DNA of 55,788 nt, from positions 1 to 55,788 of IMG/VR virus record IMGVR_UViG_3300035494_000076. One strand, 5' to 3'. Position numbers and translations under genes: made by a program. This DNA comes from a virus (lineage: Duplodnaviria > Caudoviricetes). Shown here in pieces: positions 1-10,344 of this stretch. The notes below the pieces were generated by a model. It worked only from the letters and a program-made list of their open reading frames with translations. It searched no databases and was not told the origin of the DNA. Each line of letters starts with the position of its first letter. The first letter of the stretch is position 1.

Positions 1-471
1 ATATTACGGTGCTCACATTCCCACTCTTTGCGATTTGCTCGCAAGAGGTGAATTTGATTAAATTCCCAATTTAGCTGGAAAAGGTGTGAAATTCACTTAA
101 TGGATTTTTCCACGCACTATTCCAGATACCCAAATATGCCAATAGAATTTTATGGAATGTTTTTGACTGTATGATGATGGCAGATGGATTTTTCATGTTC
201 AAGAAGTGGGGAAAGGGAAAAGTCTTATCACAGTTAACTAACCTGACTACAGTAAGACACGGAGATTCAGCTTGGTGCAAGACTAATATAAATAGAGTTT
301 GATGATGCTAAGACTAGCTATCATCTTAAAGGTGATATTATTGACGCATTGCACAAGTTCTATAGTAGTAAAGGTTGGTCTACTGGAAAGTATACAAATA
401 AGCACGTAATCGAACCAAAAGATGTTGAGAACCTTAGAATTTCTGTAACAAGTCGATGGTTTAATGATTAA
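1..471 (+). pseudogene. Fragmented gene remnant at window start
   Basis: Protein-like stretches in different frames broken by stops (YYGAHIPTLCDLLARGEFD*, YDDGRWIFHVQEVGKGKSLITVN*, IEFDDAKTSYHLKG...SRWFND* ending at 471); no intact ORF. Confidence 0.4.
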
Positions 472-473
472 GT

Positions 474-481
474 TATAAATA
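474..481 (+). promoter_or_regulatory. T4-type late promoter
   Basis: Exact TATAAATA upstream of the head-gene cluster. Confidence 0.75.
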
Positions 482-519
482 CATAACGAAATGATAACAC
501 AATCTAGGAATAAATTAAA

Positions 520-1524
520 ATGATTAAAAACCAAGTAAAATCCATTATCAAGGAATGCGTTCACCAGCACATCGCCGAAACACATGGCATTCTTACTGAA
601 AGTCAACTTGAACTTTTCGAGAATACGGCGCAGCGTATCCAAAAAGCTGGAATCGAGTCAGTTAAGGTTGAAATTTTTAAAAAAGGTCGTGAGTCTTATG
701 TATTCACGGAGTTTGCGAATAAGTTTGAATTCCTTCATCAAAATGGTGAAGATTTGGTGGAAAAAGGTGAAATTGACCGACAGACTTTCCAACAGAAGAA
801 GCGTGACGTTCGTAGTCAAGGTTTTAAACTTTTGAAAGACGGTGATAAGAAAAGTTATTTCCGTTCCATTACGGGATTCATTAAAAAGAACTATTTAAAA
901 ATTGGTATTGGTTCTGTAATCCTTATCGCACTTATTATTGTGGGTATCCAGTTCGGTGCGCCTTATATGGGTGTTATGTCGTTCCTACGCACAATTCCTT
1001 ACATTGGTAAAATGGCAGATGCAGTATCTGACGTAGACCTTAGTATGGATAACGAACTAGACGTAGCCATCGACGATGCTCAGATGCTTCAATTAGATGC
1101 GGCTGAAGCAGCAAAGGCTGAAGCAGCACTTAATCGAGAACTAGCTAAAATTGATGCACAGTTTGCTAGTGCTAATGCCGACCATACAGACCCTGTACAA
1201 ATTACAAAAGTTCAGCTTCTCTTAAAACGAATGAATGACACCATCGAAACTGTTGGTGGTCAAGCTGTGTTGGATAATGATGAGATTGAAAGAATCAAGT
1301 CAGTTTGGTTAGGTAGAACGTATAGTGGTAATACGCAGGAAGAAGTAACGGCACAAGCGAATAAGGCACTACAGTCTTTAACAATGGCTAAGATTCATAA
1401 CAAGCTATTTGGAACGCCTATGCCACAAGAATGGCAATCAACTTTTAAAATTCATCCTAAAGAGTATGGAGACAACTATACCGTTAGTGCGGATTTGAGT
1501 CGTGCAGTAACTCAACCATTTTAA
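520..1524 (+). CDS. Putative internal head (ejected) protein with hydrophobic segment
   Basis: Late promoter; N-terminal KSIIKE/ILTE/LFE motifs resemble gp21 cleavage sites; TM-like IGIGSVILIALIIVGIQFG. Confidence 0.5.
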   Translation: MIKNQVKSIIKECVHQHIAETHGILTESQLELFENTAQRIQKAGIESVKVEIFKKGRESYVFTEFANKFEFLHQNGEDLVEKGEIDRQTFQQKKRDVRSQGFKLLKDGDKKSYFRSITGFIKKNYLKIGIGSVILIALIIVGIQFGAPYMGVMSFLRTIPYIGKMADAVSDVDLSMDNELDVAIDDAQMLQLDAAEAAKAEAALNRELAKIDAQFASANADHTDPVQITKVQLLLKRMNDTIETVGGQAVLDNDEIERIKSVWLGRTYSGNTQEEVTAQANKALQSLTMAKIHNKLFGTPMPQEWQSTFKIHPKEYGDNYTVSADLSRAVTQPF

Positions 1525-1568
1525 TCATTATGCCCTTCGGGGCTTTTAGTACACAAAAGGAAATATAA

Positions 1569-2090
1569 ATGAAAGACTTAATCAAAGAAACAATCCGTAA
1601 GCAGGTATCTGAAAGCTTAACCCCCAAACAGTATAAAGATGAAAGTTTAAATGAATCTTTATTAGCATTGGGAGCAGTTGCTGTTGGTCTTGGCGCATCT
1701 TGGGCGTGGCTTCGTAATCGCATCAAAAAGCTTGTTAAGGATATAGTATTCGCTGAATTCATTAAGGAACATGATACGCAAAAGGTTATTGAGAAGAAAC
1801 TTCCAAATATCCTTCGAAAGTTCAAGTTAGCAAGCACATTGGCAGATTTGCATTCTTTAGAAAAAGAATCCGAGGATGCAATAAAAGAGCTGAATCGTTT
1901 GGTTTTGCAGGTAGATAGGTTCATTGATACAAATGCTAACGCCGACAAGACATTTATGGATAAAGTTTTGGCTATTGATCCAAACAAAGAAAAGATAAGA
2001 CTGAAAAAAGAACTCAAAGATTTCATTGAAATGACTAATAAATCTTTTGAATATGATTTAGAAAACAAGAAAAATGGTCTACTAGACTAA
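1569..2090 (+). CDS. Putative internal head protein
   Basis: MKDLIKE...VSES...LNES propeptide-like motifs followed by a hydrophobic segment; next to the protease gene. Confidence 0.5.
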   Translation: MKDLIKETIRKQVSESLTPKQYKDESLNESLLALGAVAVGLGASWAWLRNRIKKLVKDIVFAEFIKEHDTQKVIEKKLPNILRKFKLASTLADLHSLEKESEDAIKELNRLVLQVDRFIDTNANADKTFMDKVLAIDPNKEKIRLKKELKDFIEMTNKSFEYDLENKKNGLLD

Positions 2091-2098
2091 GATAATAT

Positions 2099-2122
2099 AA
2101 GCCCCTTAATTGGGGCTTTTTT
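2099..2122 (+). terminator. Intrinsic terminator (AAGCCCC-TTAATT-GGGGCTTTTTT family)
   Basis: GC stem plus T tract; near-identical copies at 5014, 7832 and 22998. Confidence 0.9.
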
Positions 2123-2183
2123 GTAACACTTTTTCTAAATTAATAAATACCACTATAACGCACTACAAAAAGGTAAAATTAAA

Positions 2184-2816
2184 ATGATTCTTATTGAAGA
2201 GAAGTTCAATGATGTTTCTCCTATTATAGAGTCTGCTGGCGAAGGCAAGAAGCGAATGTATCTAAAAGGGGTATTCGCTGAGTCCGAAGAAAAGAACCAA
2301 AACGGCAGAGTATATGATAAGAAAGAAATGGAAAATGAAGTAAAACGAATTAATGAACAAGCAAAGTTGAAAAGATTCGTTTTAGGTGAATTGGACCACC
2401 CTTCCACCTTAGAAATAAAATTAGAGAACGTATCGCATAAAATTGTTGAAATGTGGATGGAAGGTAATAAGGCTTATGGGAAAGCCGAAATCATCGAAGG
2501 ACACCCAAAAGGGCAAATATTAAAATCTCTTGTTGAGTCTGGTATCCAAGTTGGCGTATCAACTCGTGGGTCTGGGCAAGTTAATGAATCAACTGGTAGG
2601 GTTAATAACTTTCGCATGATTACCGTTGACGCTGTTGCTACACCTTCCGCAAGGTCTGCATATCCAGAAACAATCCAAGAGCAACTTGACTACTATAAGC
2701 GTGGTAATATTGTTACAGACCTTTCCGAAGCAGTAATTCATGATCCAATCGCCCAAAAGTATTTCCAACTAGAAATGAAGAAGTTCATTAATGACGTTTT
2801 ACTCAAGGGTAAGTGA
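2184..2816 (+). CDS. gp21: Prohead protease (T4 gp21-like)
   Basis: KNQNGRVY, GELDHP, GVSTRGSG and DAVATPSA motifs. Confidence 0.95.
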   Translation: MILIEEKFNDVSPIIESAGEGKKRMYLKGVFAESEEKNQNGRVYDKKEMENEVKRINEQAKLKRFVLGELDHPSTLEIKLENVSHKIVEMWMEGNKAYGKAEIIEGHPKGQILKSLVESGIQVGVSTRGSGQVNESTGRVNNFRMITVDAVATPSARSAYPETIQEQLDYYKRGNIVTDLSEAVIHDPIAQKYFQLEMKKFINDVLLKGK

Positions 2817-2840
2817 TATAAAATTAAATAGTTAAAACGC

Positions 2841-2848
2841 TATAAATA
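2841..2848 (+). promoter_or_regulatory. T4-type late promoter
   Basis: TATAAATA upstream of the scaffold gene. Confidence 0.8.
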
Positions 2849-2892
2849 CTAATTGTAAGAAATAACAATCATTTGTTTTAGGAGAAAATCAC

Positions 2893-3702
2893 ATGAGTTT
2901 AAAAGCACTTTTAGAAAGCGGTTTATTGACTGCTGAATCTAAGGAAGTAATCGAAGAGCAGTTTAATGCTGTTCTAAAAGTTAAGGAAGCTGAACTTCAA
3001 GAAAGCTTTGATGCTAAATTGGTTGAAGAAAAAGCTAATATGCTTAACACCGTAATGGAAATGGTTGAAGAAGCTGTTGCCGAAGAACTAGACGCTATTG
3101 CCGAAGAAGTTAAACACGCTCGCACATTGGAAGTGCAGTATGCTGAAAAGCTAGAGATGTTTAAAGAAGAATACGCTCAAAAGCAAGAAGAACAAATGCA
3201 AATTTTGGTTGCTGAATCTATTGCAGAAGAACTAGAAACTATTCAAGAAGAAATCGAATCAGTTAAAAAGCATGAGTTCGTGATGGAAATGTTCAACACA
3301 TTTAAATCATCTTATGAAAAACTATTCGGTGCATCTGATATTAATGCATATGATGAACTATCAGAAGCTAAAGCAGAACTTGACCAATTAAAGCGTGAGA
3401 AAAAGTTAGCAGAACTTCTTGAAAACGTTACTGGAAGAAAAAAGGCTATTGCTGAAACTATTCTTGAATCAGTAGCAACTGAAAAGTTAGAAGAAAAGTT
3501 TGAATCAATTAAGGCGGTATTATTAGCTGAATCTGTCCAGGATACTCCTGTGGAAGAGTCAGTAAATACTAAAGAAGTTAATGTGACTGTTGTGCTAGAG
3601 AATCAATCAGAAGAAGTAAACGAACCTGTTGCGGTTCAAGAGTCTACTATCGACCCGATTGTTGCTAAATTGCAGCGTTCATTGAAAATTGCTAAACGAT
3701 AA
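2893..3702 (+). CDS. gp22: Prohead core/scaffold protein (gp22-like)
   Basis: Glu-rich coiled coil with many xxE|S sites, located between protease and capsid genes. Confidence 0.85.
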   Translation: MSLKALLESGLLTAESKEVIEEQFNAVLKVKEAELQESFDAKLVEEKANMLNTVMEMVEEAVAEELDAIAEEVKHARTLEVQYAEKLEMFKEEYAQKQEEQMQILVAESIAEELETIQEEIESVKKHEFVMEMFNTFKSSYEKLFGASDINAYDELSEAKAELDQLKREKKLAELLENVTGRKKAIAETILESVATEKLEEKFESIKAVLLAESVQDTPVEESVNTKEVNVTVVLENQSEEVNEPVAVQESTIDPIVAKLQRSLKIAKR

Positions 3703-3768
3703 AATAAAAATATTCAATTATAATAAATATAATTGAAGATAATAAAAACATCAATTTACTAGGAGTTA

Positions 3769-4989
3769 ATGATGAGTGAATTTAAGAATTGGGGCGATTA
3801 TAAAACTGCTCTTTTGGAAGGTTTAACTGAGAAGCAAGTAAGCATCGTTGGCGGCTTGATGGAGAATGTTCACGCAGAGAACGCTCAAATCAAAGACGCA
3901 CATAACGAAACTTTAGTTGTTGCGGAATCTACTGCACCAGGCTCAACCACCACTGGTAACATCTCTCGTTTCGATATGATGTTCATGCCATTGGTTCGTC
4001 GTGTAATGCCTTCACTATTAGCTATGGATTTGGTTGGTGTTCAACCTCTACAAGCTTCTCGTGGCATTGTTCGTACAATCCGTCACCGTTATTCAGAAAC
4101 TACTGAAGTTGGTGGTTCACCAGTTGTTGTGGCTAACACCGAAGCTTCTGGTATGAATGTGTTCTCAAAATATTCTAAGCTTGCTCTTGGTGGTGATTAT
4201 GATGATGTTGATGCACTTGACCCATTCGCGCAAACTGTATACCTAGAAGGCAACCGTGGTAAGCCACTAGATTTAGAAGTTGTAACTGATTCTGTAGAAA
4301 CTATGTCACGTAAGTTAAGTGCGGCTTACTCTTTAGAAGCGGCTGATGATTTACAGGCATATGATGGTCTTGACATCGAAGCAGAACTTTCACAGTCTTT
4401 GGGTGACGAGATTCTTCGTGAGTTGGATCGTGAATTGATTGATGAATTAACTAGCTTGGCTGGTATCATTGATTCATTCGACTTCGCATCTGTAGATGGT
4501 CGCTACGCTGGCGAAAAACTGGCTGCTCTTACCATTGCATTAGACAACCTTTCTGGTCGTATTGCTATCGCAACCAAGAAGGCTGGTGCTAACTTCATGG
4601 TAGTATCGCAGAAGATTTATACTGGTCTTAAAAATGCTTCTAACAGCACTTTTGTTCCAGCACAAGGCGAACAGTTCAACATTTCTTCTAGCTTGTTCGT
4701 AGGAACTATGGCTGGTATCAAAGTATATGTTGACCCATACTTGATGACTGACACTGTGTTGATGGGTTATAAAGGTTCTGAAATCGATGCAGGTCTAATC
4801 TACTGCCCATACATTCCATTAAGTTCTTCTGGTGTTGTTCGTAACCCAGAAACTGGCGATTTCCGTGTGATGATGAGAACACGTTACGGCTTATATGCGC
4901 AAACAGATGTAACTAAATCATTGGGCATCGGTCCTGATTATTATGCTACTGCTACTGTAAGCAACATCAACTTGGGCTTCACTAATTAA
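3769..4989 (+). CDS. gp23: Major capsid protein (gp23-like)
   Basis: LVRRVMPSLLA..VGVQP, SRKLSAAYSLEAADDL, DAGLIYCPYIPL and RTRYG motifs. Confidence 0.97.
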   Translation: MMSEFKNWGDYKTALLEGLTEKQVSIVGGLMENVHAENAQIKDAHNETLVVAESTAPGSTTTGNISRFDMMFMPLVRRVMPSLLAMDLVGVQPLQASRGIVRTIRHRYSETTEVGGSPVVVANTEASGMNVFSKYSKLALGGDYDDVDALDPFAQTVYLEGNRGKPLDLEVVTDSVETMSRKLSAAYSLEAADDLQAYDGLDIEAELSQSLGDEILRELDRELIDELTSLAGIIDSFDFASVDGRYAGEKLAALTIALDNLSGRIAIATKKAGANFMVVSQKIYTGLKNASNSTFVPAQGEQFNISSSLFVGTMAGIKVYVDPYLMTDTVLMGYKGSEIDAGLIYCPYIPLSSSGVVRNPETGDFRVMMRTRYGLYAQTDVTKSLGIGPDYYATATVSNINLGFTN

Positions 4990-5013
4990 TTATTGAAGTT
5001 CCTTATTTAGAAG

Positions 5014-5037
5014 AAGCCCCTTAATTGGGGCTTTTTT
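5014..5037 (+). terminator. Intrinsic terminator after the capsid gene
   Basis: AAGCCCCTTAATTGGGGCTTTTTT. Confidence 0.9.
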
Positions 5038-5054
5038 GTGTCTGAAATTTACTC

Positions 5055-5083
5055 TTGACATCTCATGTTTGTATTGGTATATT
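5055..5083 (+). promoter_or_regulatory. Sigma70-type promoter
   Basis: TTGACA-N17-TATATT with TG extension. Confidence 0.75.
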
Positions 5084-5116
5084 ACTCCCAACCAATAAAA
5101 AGAAAGGAGTTTTACC

Positions 5117-5753
5117 ATAAAAAAATCAATTAAATTACAGTTAGAAAAAGCATTCCCAACACAGACAGTAACAGAAAAAGAATCCTGCATTTTTAGTTTA
5201 CAGCCATCTGGCGTAAATGTAATGATTCGAGAGAATGAATCATATATGGAAGAATCTGTGTTTGTGCCTAAATTAAAAAATCTCGTATGCTAATATGGGA
5301 TATAAAGTTATTCATATTCCATATTTCGTTCAAATGGATAAAATGGCACTCGTTCATTTCTTTGGTGAGTATGTCGAAACTGAAACAGAACTAGACGAAA
5401 TTGTTTCTAAATATCCACATGGGTTCATTGATGAAAGTGCAACTATGCCAAGTGATTTTAACAGCATTGGTAACACGCTTTATAATTATATCTTGAATAA
5501 GTCGTTGCCTTCTGACATTAGCCATGATATTATAATGTCCTTGCAATATAAGTATTTGGATGGCGGCATGGATATGATTGAGTGTATCCCAATGCACCAC
5601 ATTGATGACGAATTTGAGTTTTTTGATGATATTCGTAATGATTTGATGGAGTCTTTTAACCAAAGAATTGATAATATCAGAGAACAGGCATTTAATGTGC
5701 TTGATGGATTGTTCCAAGTTCAACAAAGAGAGGAGACTGAACAAAATGCTTAA
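5117..5753 (+). pseudogene. Frameshifted gene, possibly PD-(D/E)xK/DUF559-like nuclease-related; the 5295-5753 ORF is its C-terminal part
   Basis: SD AAGGAG precedes ATA at 5117; open frame to TAA 5291; a +1 shift in the A6 run at 5275-5280 joins it to SYANMGYKVIHIPYFVQ. Confidence 0.5.
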
Positions 5754-6102
5754 AATATTAAAAAAAGAAACATATAATAAGTTGATAGAAGAAAATGAAA
5801 ATCTAGTCAAACAGTTAGAAGAAGTCAGCGAGAAGTTAAATGAAATTGACAAGACATTGACATCTATTCAAGAAGCCAATGAGCGTGAAAATTCTGTTAC
5901 CATCACGTTCGACGATTCTTTGCAGAAAGCAACTCCAGTTCTTAAGTATAAGCCAAATATTACTGATAAGATGGTTGAGATGAATATTATTACATCTGCT
6001 AACACGGACAAGTATAGTGTAGAACTTGCACTACTAACAATGACCGAAGAAGTTGTATCTCAAATATTAGATTCTTTTGGTGAAACATTCAAGGAGGTTT
6101 GA
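5746..6102 (+). CDS. Hypothetical coiled-coil protein
   Basis: SD AGGAG before ATG 5746. Confidence 0.7.
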   Translation: MLKILKKETYNKLIEENENLVKQLEEVSEKLNEIDKTLTSIQEANERENSVTITFDDSLQKATPVLKYKPNITDKMVEMNIITSANTDKYSVELALLTMTEEVVSQILDSFGETFKEV

Positions 6103-6105
6103 CAC

Positions 6106-6975
6106 ATGAACCTCATCATTGACACTAACAACCTAGTATTCATTACTAGGTATAGTAAACTTGGGCAGCCAAAATCGAGAAGACAGAAAGAGAAGAATGC
6201 CGAACTTCTCATCTTCATTGAAACATTGAAGATGATAGTTAGCCTTGCTAGTTCGTTCAATGCGGATGGGTTGGTGGTTGCTAAGGATAGTAAGGGTTCT
6301 TGGAGAAAGGGCTTATATCCAGAATATAAAGGGAATTCTACCAGTGATGAAGATTTCTATTATGAAGAAACGATATATGCCGCTAATATGATTTTTGATT
6401 TCCTAAAAGAATATACAAGTGCATATTGTTTGGAATATCCTAGAACCGAAGCAGACGACATCATTGCTATATGGTGTCAACATACAACCGAAGAAACAAC
6501 TATTATTTCGTCTGACAAAGACTATATTCAGTTGATTAATGAAAAGACTAGACTGTATTCACCTACTCAGAAATTGTTTAGGGAATCAGATGATGTCGGT
6601 TATGACTTATTTTTAAAATGTTTTCGTGGTGATAAGAGTGATAATATAAAATCAGCTTATCCGAGAATACGAGAAACCCAAATAAAAAAAGCTTGGGAGA
6701 ATGACTTAGAACTTTTAAACTTACTTGAAACTGTTATTGGTGAAAATAAGGTAGGGGATATATTCCAACTTAACCAAAACCTTATGGACTTAACATTACA
6801 GCCAATAAATATTAGACAAGAAGTGCTTAATATTATTTATGATTATAAGCCTAATAAATATAATCATATAAAAGTTTTAAAATTTTTCAAGACAAATGGA
6901 TTGGAAAAATTTTCTGACCTTTTTGACCACAAGGATAAGGCTTTAAAAACCTGTCCAATTTTTGTTAAAGATTAA
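6106..6975 (+). CDS. rnh: RNase H / 5'-3' exonuclease (T4 Rnh-like)
   Basis: IIDTNN, SWRK..YPEYKG, EADDII, ISSDKDYIQL and GDKSDNI motifs. Confidence 0.92.
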   Translation: MNLIIDTNNLVFITRYSKLGQPKSRRQKEKNAELLIFIETLKMIVSLASSFNADGLVVAKDSKGSWRKGLYPEYKGNSTSDEDFYYEETIYAANMIFDFLKEYTSAYCLEYPRTEADDIIAIWCQHTTEETTIISSDKDYIQLINEKTRLYSPTQKLFRESDDVGYDLFLKCFRGDKSDNIKSAYPRIRETQIKKAWENDLELLNLLETVIGENKVGDIFQLNQNLMDLTLQPINIRQEVLNIIYDYKPNKYNHIKVLKFFKTNGLEKFSDLFDHKDKALKTCPIFVKD

Positions 6976-6985
6976 GGAGTAATCT

Positions 6986-7195
6986 ATGTTTGATAAAGAA
7001 GCTTTTGTTGCAGAAATGAAAGAAACTGTTAAGGAATCTGTATCCGTTGTGTTCGAGTCTAATATTCGTGAGAAAATGCACGATGATAAAGAGAAAGAAG
7101 ATGAAGAATTAGAGGAAATGGGAGACGAGGATGATTCTGACGAAGATGAAGACGAGTTAGAAGAAAAGAAGGGCGATTCTAAACCAAAAAAGTAG
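6986..7195 (+). CDS. Acidic prohead-core-like protein (gp67-like), with a probable -1 frameshift extension to 7383
   Basis: D/E-rich; VKES and VFES cleavage-like motifs; ends at A_AAA_AAG TAG. Confidence 0.6.
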   Translation: MFDKEAFVAEMKETVKESVSVVFESNIREKMHDDKEKEDEELEEMGDEDDSDEDEDELEEKKGDSKPKK

Positions 7196-7233
7196 TCAGT
7201 GAGTCTTATGTTGGCGTGACCGCATTCGACTCA
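7186..7233 (+). other. Candidate programmed -1 ribosomal frameshift element
   Basis: In-phase A AAA AAG at 7186-7192, 7-nt spacer, TGAGTC/GACTCA stem-loop at 7200-7233, open -1 frame to 7383. Confidence 0.65.
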
Positions 7234-7405
7234 GGCAATTCCGGTACAGATTTAGGTAAACTAAATATTAAGGAATTGAATCTGCTTGCTAAGAGTAGTA
7301 AATATAAAAGATTTGTTGCCAAGACCCGAAACGATGATGTTGAGGAATTCTTGGTACGACATGGTAAACTTGTAAAAATTTAAAATTAATGAGAGAGGTT
7401 CTATA

Positions 7406-7813
7406 ATGAAAAAAGATATTCGTATTGATGGTCGATTGCACCGTGTTTTTGTTTTAACTGAGAACAAAGACCGTTTGCTTTATATTCCATTGAAAAACTT
7501 GACCAAAGTACACTACGACCAACTTACCAAAATTTCTGAATCTAATCCTACTCAAATGTTAGAAGAAATGCGTAAGACCACCCTCCAGAATGGTCGTAAT
7601 GCTTTGGCTACTTTTGACTCAATCATTCAAGTTCTTGTTAAAGAAAGTGATACCGAAGGTACTCGCCTTCCTAAACCAGAAGAAGCAATTGGTAAAGTTC
7701 AACAGCAGACTGCTGTTCGTGAGCAACAAGTACAACCTGTTCAGCAAGTAAATGTTGATCAACCACAAGACGAACCACAACGAAGAAAGCCTGGACCGAA
7801 ACCAAAACAATAA
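7406..7813 (+). CDS. Hypothetical protein with Q-rich tail ending RRKPGPKPKQ
   Basis: ORF with SD GAGG. Confidence 0.75.
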   Translation: MKKDIRIDGRLHRVFVLTENKDRLLYIPLKNLTKVHYDQLTKISESNPTQMLEEMRKTTLQNGRNALATFDSIIQVLVKESDTEGTRLPKPEEAIGKVQQQTAVREQQVQPVQQVNVDQPQDEPQRRKPGPKPKQ

Positions 7814-7831
7814 CAATTCTTCCTCCAACAC

Positions 7832-7854
7832 AAAACCCCTTAATTGGGGTTTTT
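7832..7854 (+). terminator. Intrinsic terminator
   Basis: AAAACCCCTTAATTGGGGTTTTT. Confidence 0.85.
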
Positions 7855-7859
7855 CTTTT

Positions 7860-7888
7860 TTGACACTTCAATCATTCTATGATATACT
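7860..7888 (+). promoter_or_regulatory. Sigma70-type promoter
   Basis: TTGACA-N17-TATACT. Confidence 0.75.
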
Positions 7889-7922
7889 CTTAACAATCTT
7901 TTTTGCACAATGAGGAGGCGTC

Positions 7923-9080
7923 ATGGAAACAGTAAACAGTTTTGGACTTTACCAAGAACAACAAGAAGTATTTGATTTGATATTACAAACAACCGCAGTC
8001 CCGTTTAATGGGGAAGCCTTGGTTATTGGTGGTATTGGTGGAGCAGGAAAAACCTACACAATCAAAAAGGCGTTAGAAATGTTATCTCAAGCAGGTCTTA
8101 ATGGGTTTGTTGGGGCATATACAGGTCGTGCATCTTCTCAATTAAGAAGTGCTGGCTTACCCGCAAAAACATTATCAAAGCTTCTGTATAAGCCTGTATT
8201 GGATGATAAAGGAGATTTGTTATACTTCACCAAGCGTAGCATTGACGATGTTCGAGAAGAAGCAGGAAACTTTGTGGTCATTGATGAAGGTTCAATGGTT
8301 CCAAAAGAAATGATGGATACGATAATGAACATTGGTGTCCCTGTCATCGTGTCAGGTGATTACTTTCAGCTTCCGCCTGTTGATAAAATGAATCCAAACT
8401 TCAACGCAATGTTTTCTTTAAAAGGGAAACGCGCAGAACTAAAAACTAATCGAAGAGTTGACCCAGATTCTGTTGGTATATTTGACGTGACAATGGCTCT
8501 TAGGGATTCTAATTCTATCCCTCGATTGGGTGGAAATGGTTATAAGACTGTTAAAAAGCCACTAATAAACAAGATTCAATACCATGAACAAAACCAACAT
8601 GACGTTATCATTACTGGTACTAATAAAGTAAGAAGAAACTTCAATTCTATGGTTAGAAAAGTTCGTGGGTTCGAATCTAACTTGCCTGAAAGTGGTGAGC
8701 GCATTGTTTGTCTTCAAAATTCTGTAGTAGAAGGTGAAGAAATAAACAATGGGGAAATCTTTGAAGTGCAATACATTATCCAAGCAGATACAATATCAAC
8801 ATTAAGTATTGTAAATATTGATAGCGGTAAGCACTTCTTGGTTAATGTTTATAACGAAACATGGGATACTGAGCAAGTGCCAAAACATCATAATAAAGAG
8901 CGAAACGGAAATGTCCACAACTTCACTTATGCGTACTCTATGTCATGCCATAAGGTGCAAGGTTCATCCATTGAGAATGTTCTGTTTTATGACGAAGATG
9001 TTAGCTTTTTCTTAGACCAACAAAGATTTAGATATACGGCTTGTAGTCGTGCGTCTAAATCATTAGTGGTAGCCGTTTAA
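7923..9080 (+). CDS. dda: Dda/RecD-like SF1B DNA helicase
   Basis: GIGGAGKT, VIDEGSMV, GDYFQLPPV, HKVQGS and YTACSRA motifs. Confidence 0.92.
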   Translation: METVNSFGLYQEQQEVFDLILQTTAVPFNGEALVIGGIGGAGKTYTIKKALEMLSQAGLNGFVGAYTGRASSQLRSAGLPAKTLSKLLYKPVLDDKGDLLYFTKRSIDDVREEAGNFVVIDEGSMVPKEMMDTIMNIGVPVIVSGDYFQLPPVDKMNPNFNAMFSLKGKRAELKTNRRVDPDSVGIFDVTMALRDSNSIPRLGGNGYKTVKKPLINKIQYHEQNQHDVIITGTNKVRRNFNSMVRKVRGFESNLPESGERIVCLQNSVVEGEEINNGEIFEVQYIIQADTISTLSIVNIDSGKHFLVNVYNETWDTEQVPKHHNKERNGNVHNFTYAYSMSCHKVQGSSIENVLFYDEDVSFFLDQQRFRYTACSRASKSLVVAV

Positions 9081-9135
9081 ATTTTTTATAATATGTAAAC
9101 TAATGGTTTACGAAACCAAAGGAGAGAGAACCTTT

Positions 9136-10344
9136 ATGAAATTTACAAAAGAAGAGTATGAAAATTATTTAGATTTCTGTAAGTCTGAAAGAGAAAAACA
9201 AACATTTAAGCTTTTTATTGAGGGCAAGACCCAAGATAAAATTGCAGAAAAGATTGGTGTTCATCCAAGAACCATTCGTAAGATTAAGAAGCGTGTCTTA
9301 GAACGTGCATCAACCAAAGGTTATTCACCTGAGCATGATATTCGCCACAAACTTCCTAGTAATCTCTTGCTGAAAGGAACTTCCACTCTATACAAGACTG
9401 ATGAAAATGGTAGAACCACAAAAACCTTAGAATGGATTAAGACCAATGCTGATGCAGAGAAAATGGTCGATGTGATGCAAGGCGTTTTAGATGCTCTTAA
9501 AGAAGACATTCCAGCTAATCCGTTAAGTGTTATCAATAAACAGAAATCTCGTAATGACGACCTGTTAAACTTGCACGTAGTAGCTGATTACCATCTCGGT
9601 ATGTTTGCATGGCATGAATTGAACGGTGAAAGTGGTGATTGGACTACTCAGCGAGCAGAGAAGTTTATTGTTGAGTGGTTTAAGCAAAGTATCCAACAAT
9701 CACCTGATGCGAAAGTTGGGGTTTTGTTAAATCTTGGTGATTTCTTCACTTCTGATTCGACTGACCCTGTTACACCAGCTTCACGACACCTCTTGGACGT
9801 GGATGTCAAGTTCCAACAAATGATTCGTATTGGAACTAGAGTGTTAAGACAGATTATCGAAATGATGCGTGAGAAATATGAAGTAGTTTACTTCTACAAT
9901 GTTGCTGGAAACCATGATTTCAGTTCATCTATGTGGCTTAAAGAGTTCTTCTACCAATTCTATGAAAATTGCGAAGACGTGATTGTTGATAGAAGTGGTG
10001 ATATTTATCACTCACACCGTCATGGTGATGTAAGTCTATTCTTCCATCATGGTCATAAGAAAGGTGTAGCGAATGTGGCAGACACTTTAGTTTATAAGTT
10101 TAGAGACTTGTATGGAAGTACCAAACACTCTTATGCGCACTTAGGACATTTCCATCATACAAATATGAAAGAAAATAACTTGATGATTTGTGAACAGCAT
10201 CGTACAATGGTTCCAACCGATGCTTATGCCTCCAATGGTGGATACTTGTCCGGGCGTTCTGCCTATGTGATAACGTATCATGCAGAATATGGAGAGGTCG
10301 GAAGAATCAATATTGGTGCAAAAATGATTGAGGAGGGTATGTAG
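9136..10344 (+). CDS. HTH + calcineurin-like metallophosphoesterase
   Basis: N-terminal HTH (TQDKIAEKIGVHPRTI); DYH, GD, GNHD, HGH and GHFH metal-binding motifs. Confidence 0.85.
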   Translation: MKFTKEEYENYLDFCKSEREKQTFKLFIEGKTQDKIAEKIGVHPRTIRKIKKRVLERASTKGYSPEHDIRHKLPSNLLLKGTSTLYKTDENGRTTKTLEWIKTNADAEKMVDVMQGVLDALKEDIPANPLSVINKQKSRNDDLLNLHVVADYHLGMFAWHELNGESGDWTTQRAEKFIVEWFKQSIQQSPDAKVGVLLNLGDFFTSDSTDPVTPASRHLLDVDVKFQQMIRIGTRVLRQIIEMMREKYEVVYFYNVAGNHDFSSSMWLKEFFYQFYENCEDVIVDRSGDIYHSHRHGDVSLFFHHGHKKGVANVADTLVYKFRDLYGSTKHSYAHLGHFHHTNMKENNLMICEQHRTMVPTDAYASNGGYLSGRSAYVITYHAEYGEVGRINIGAKMIEEGM

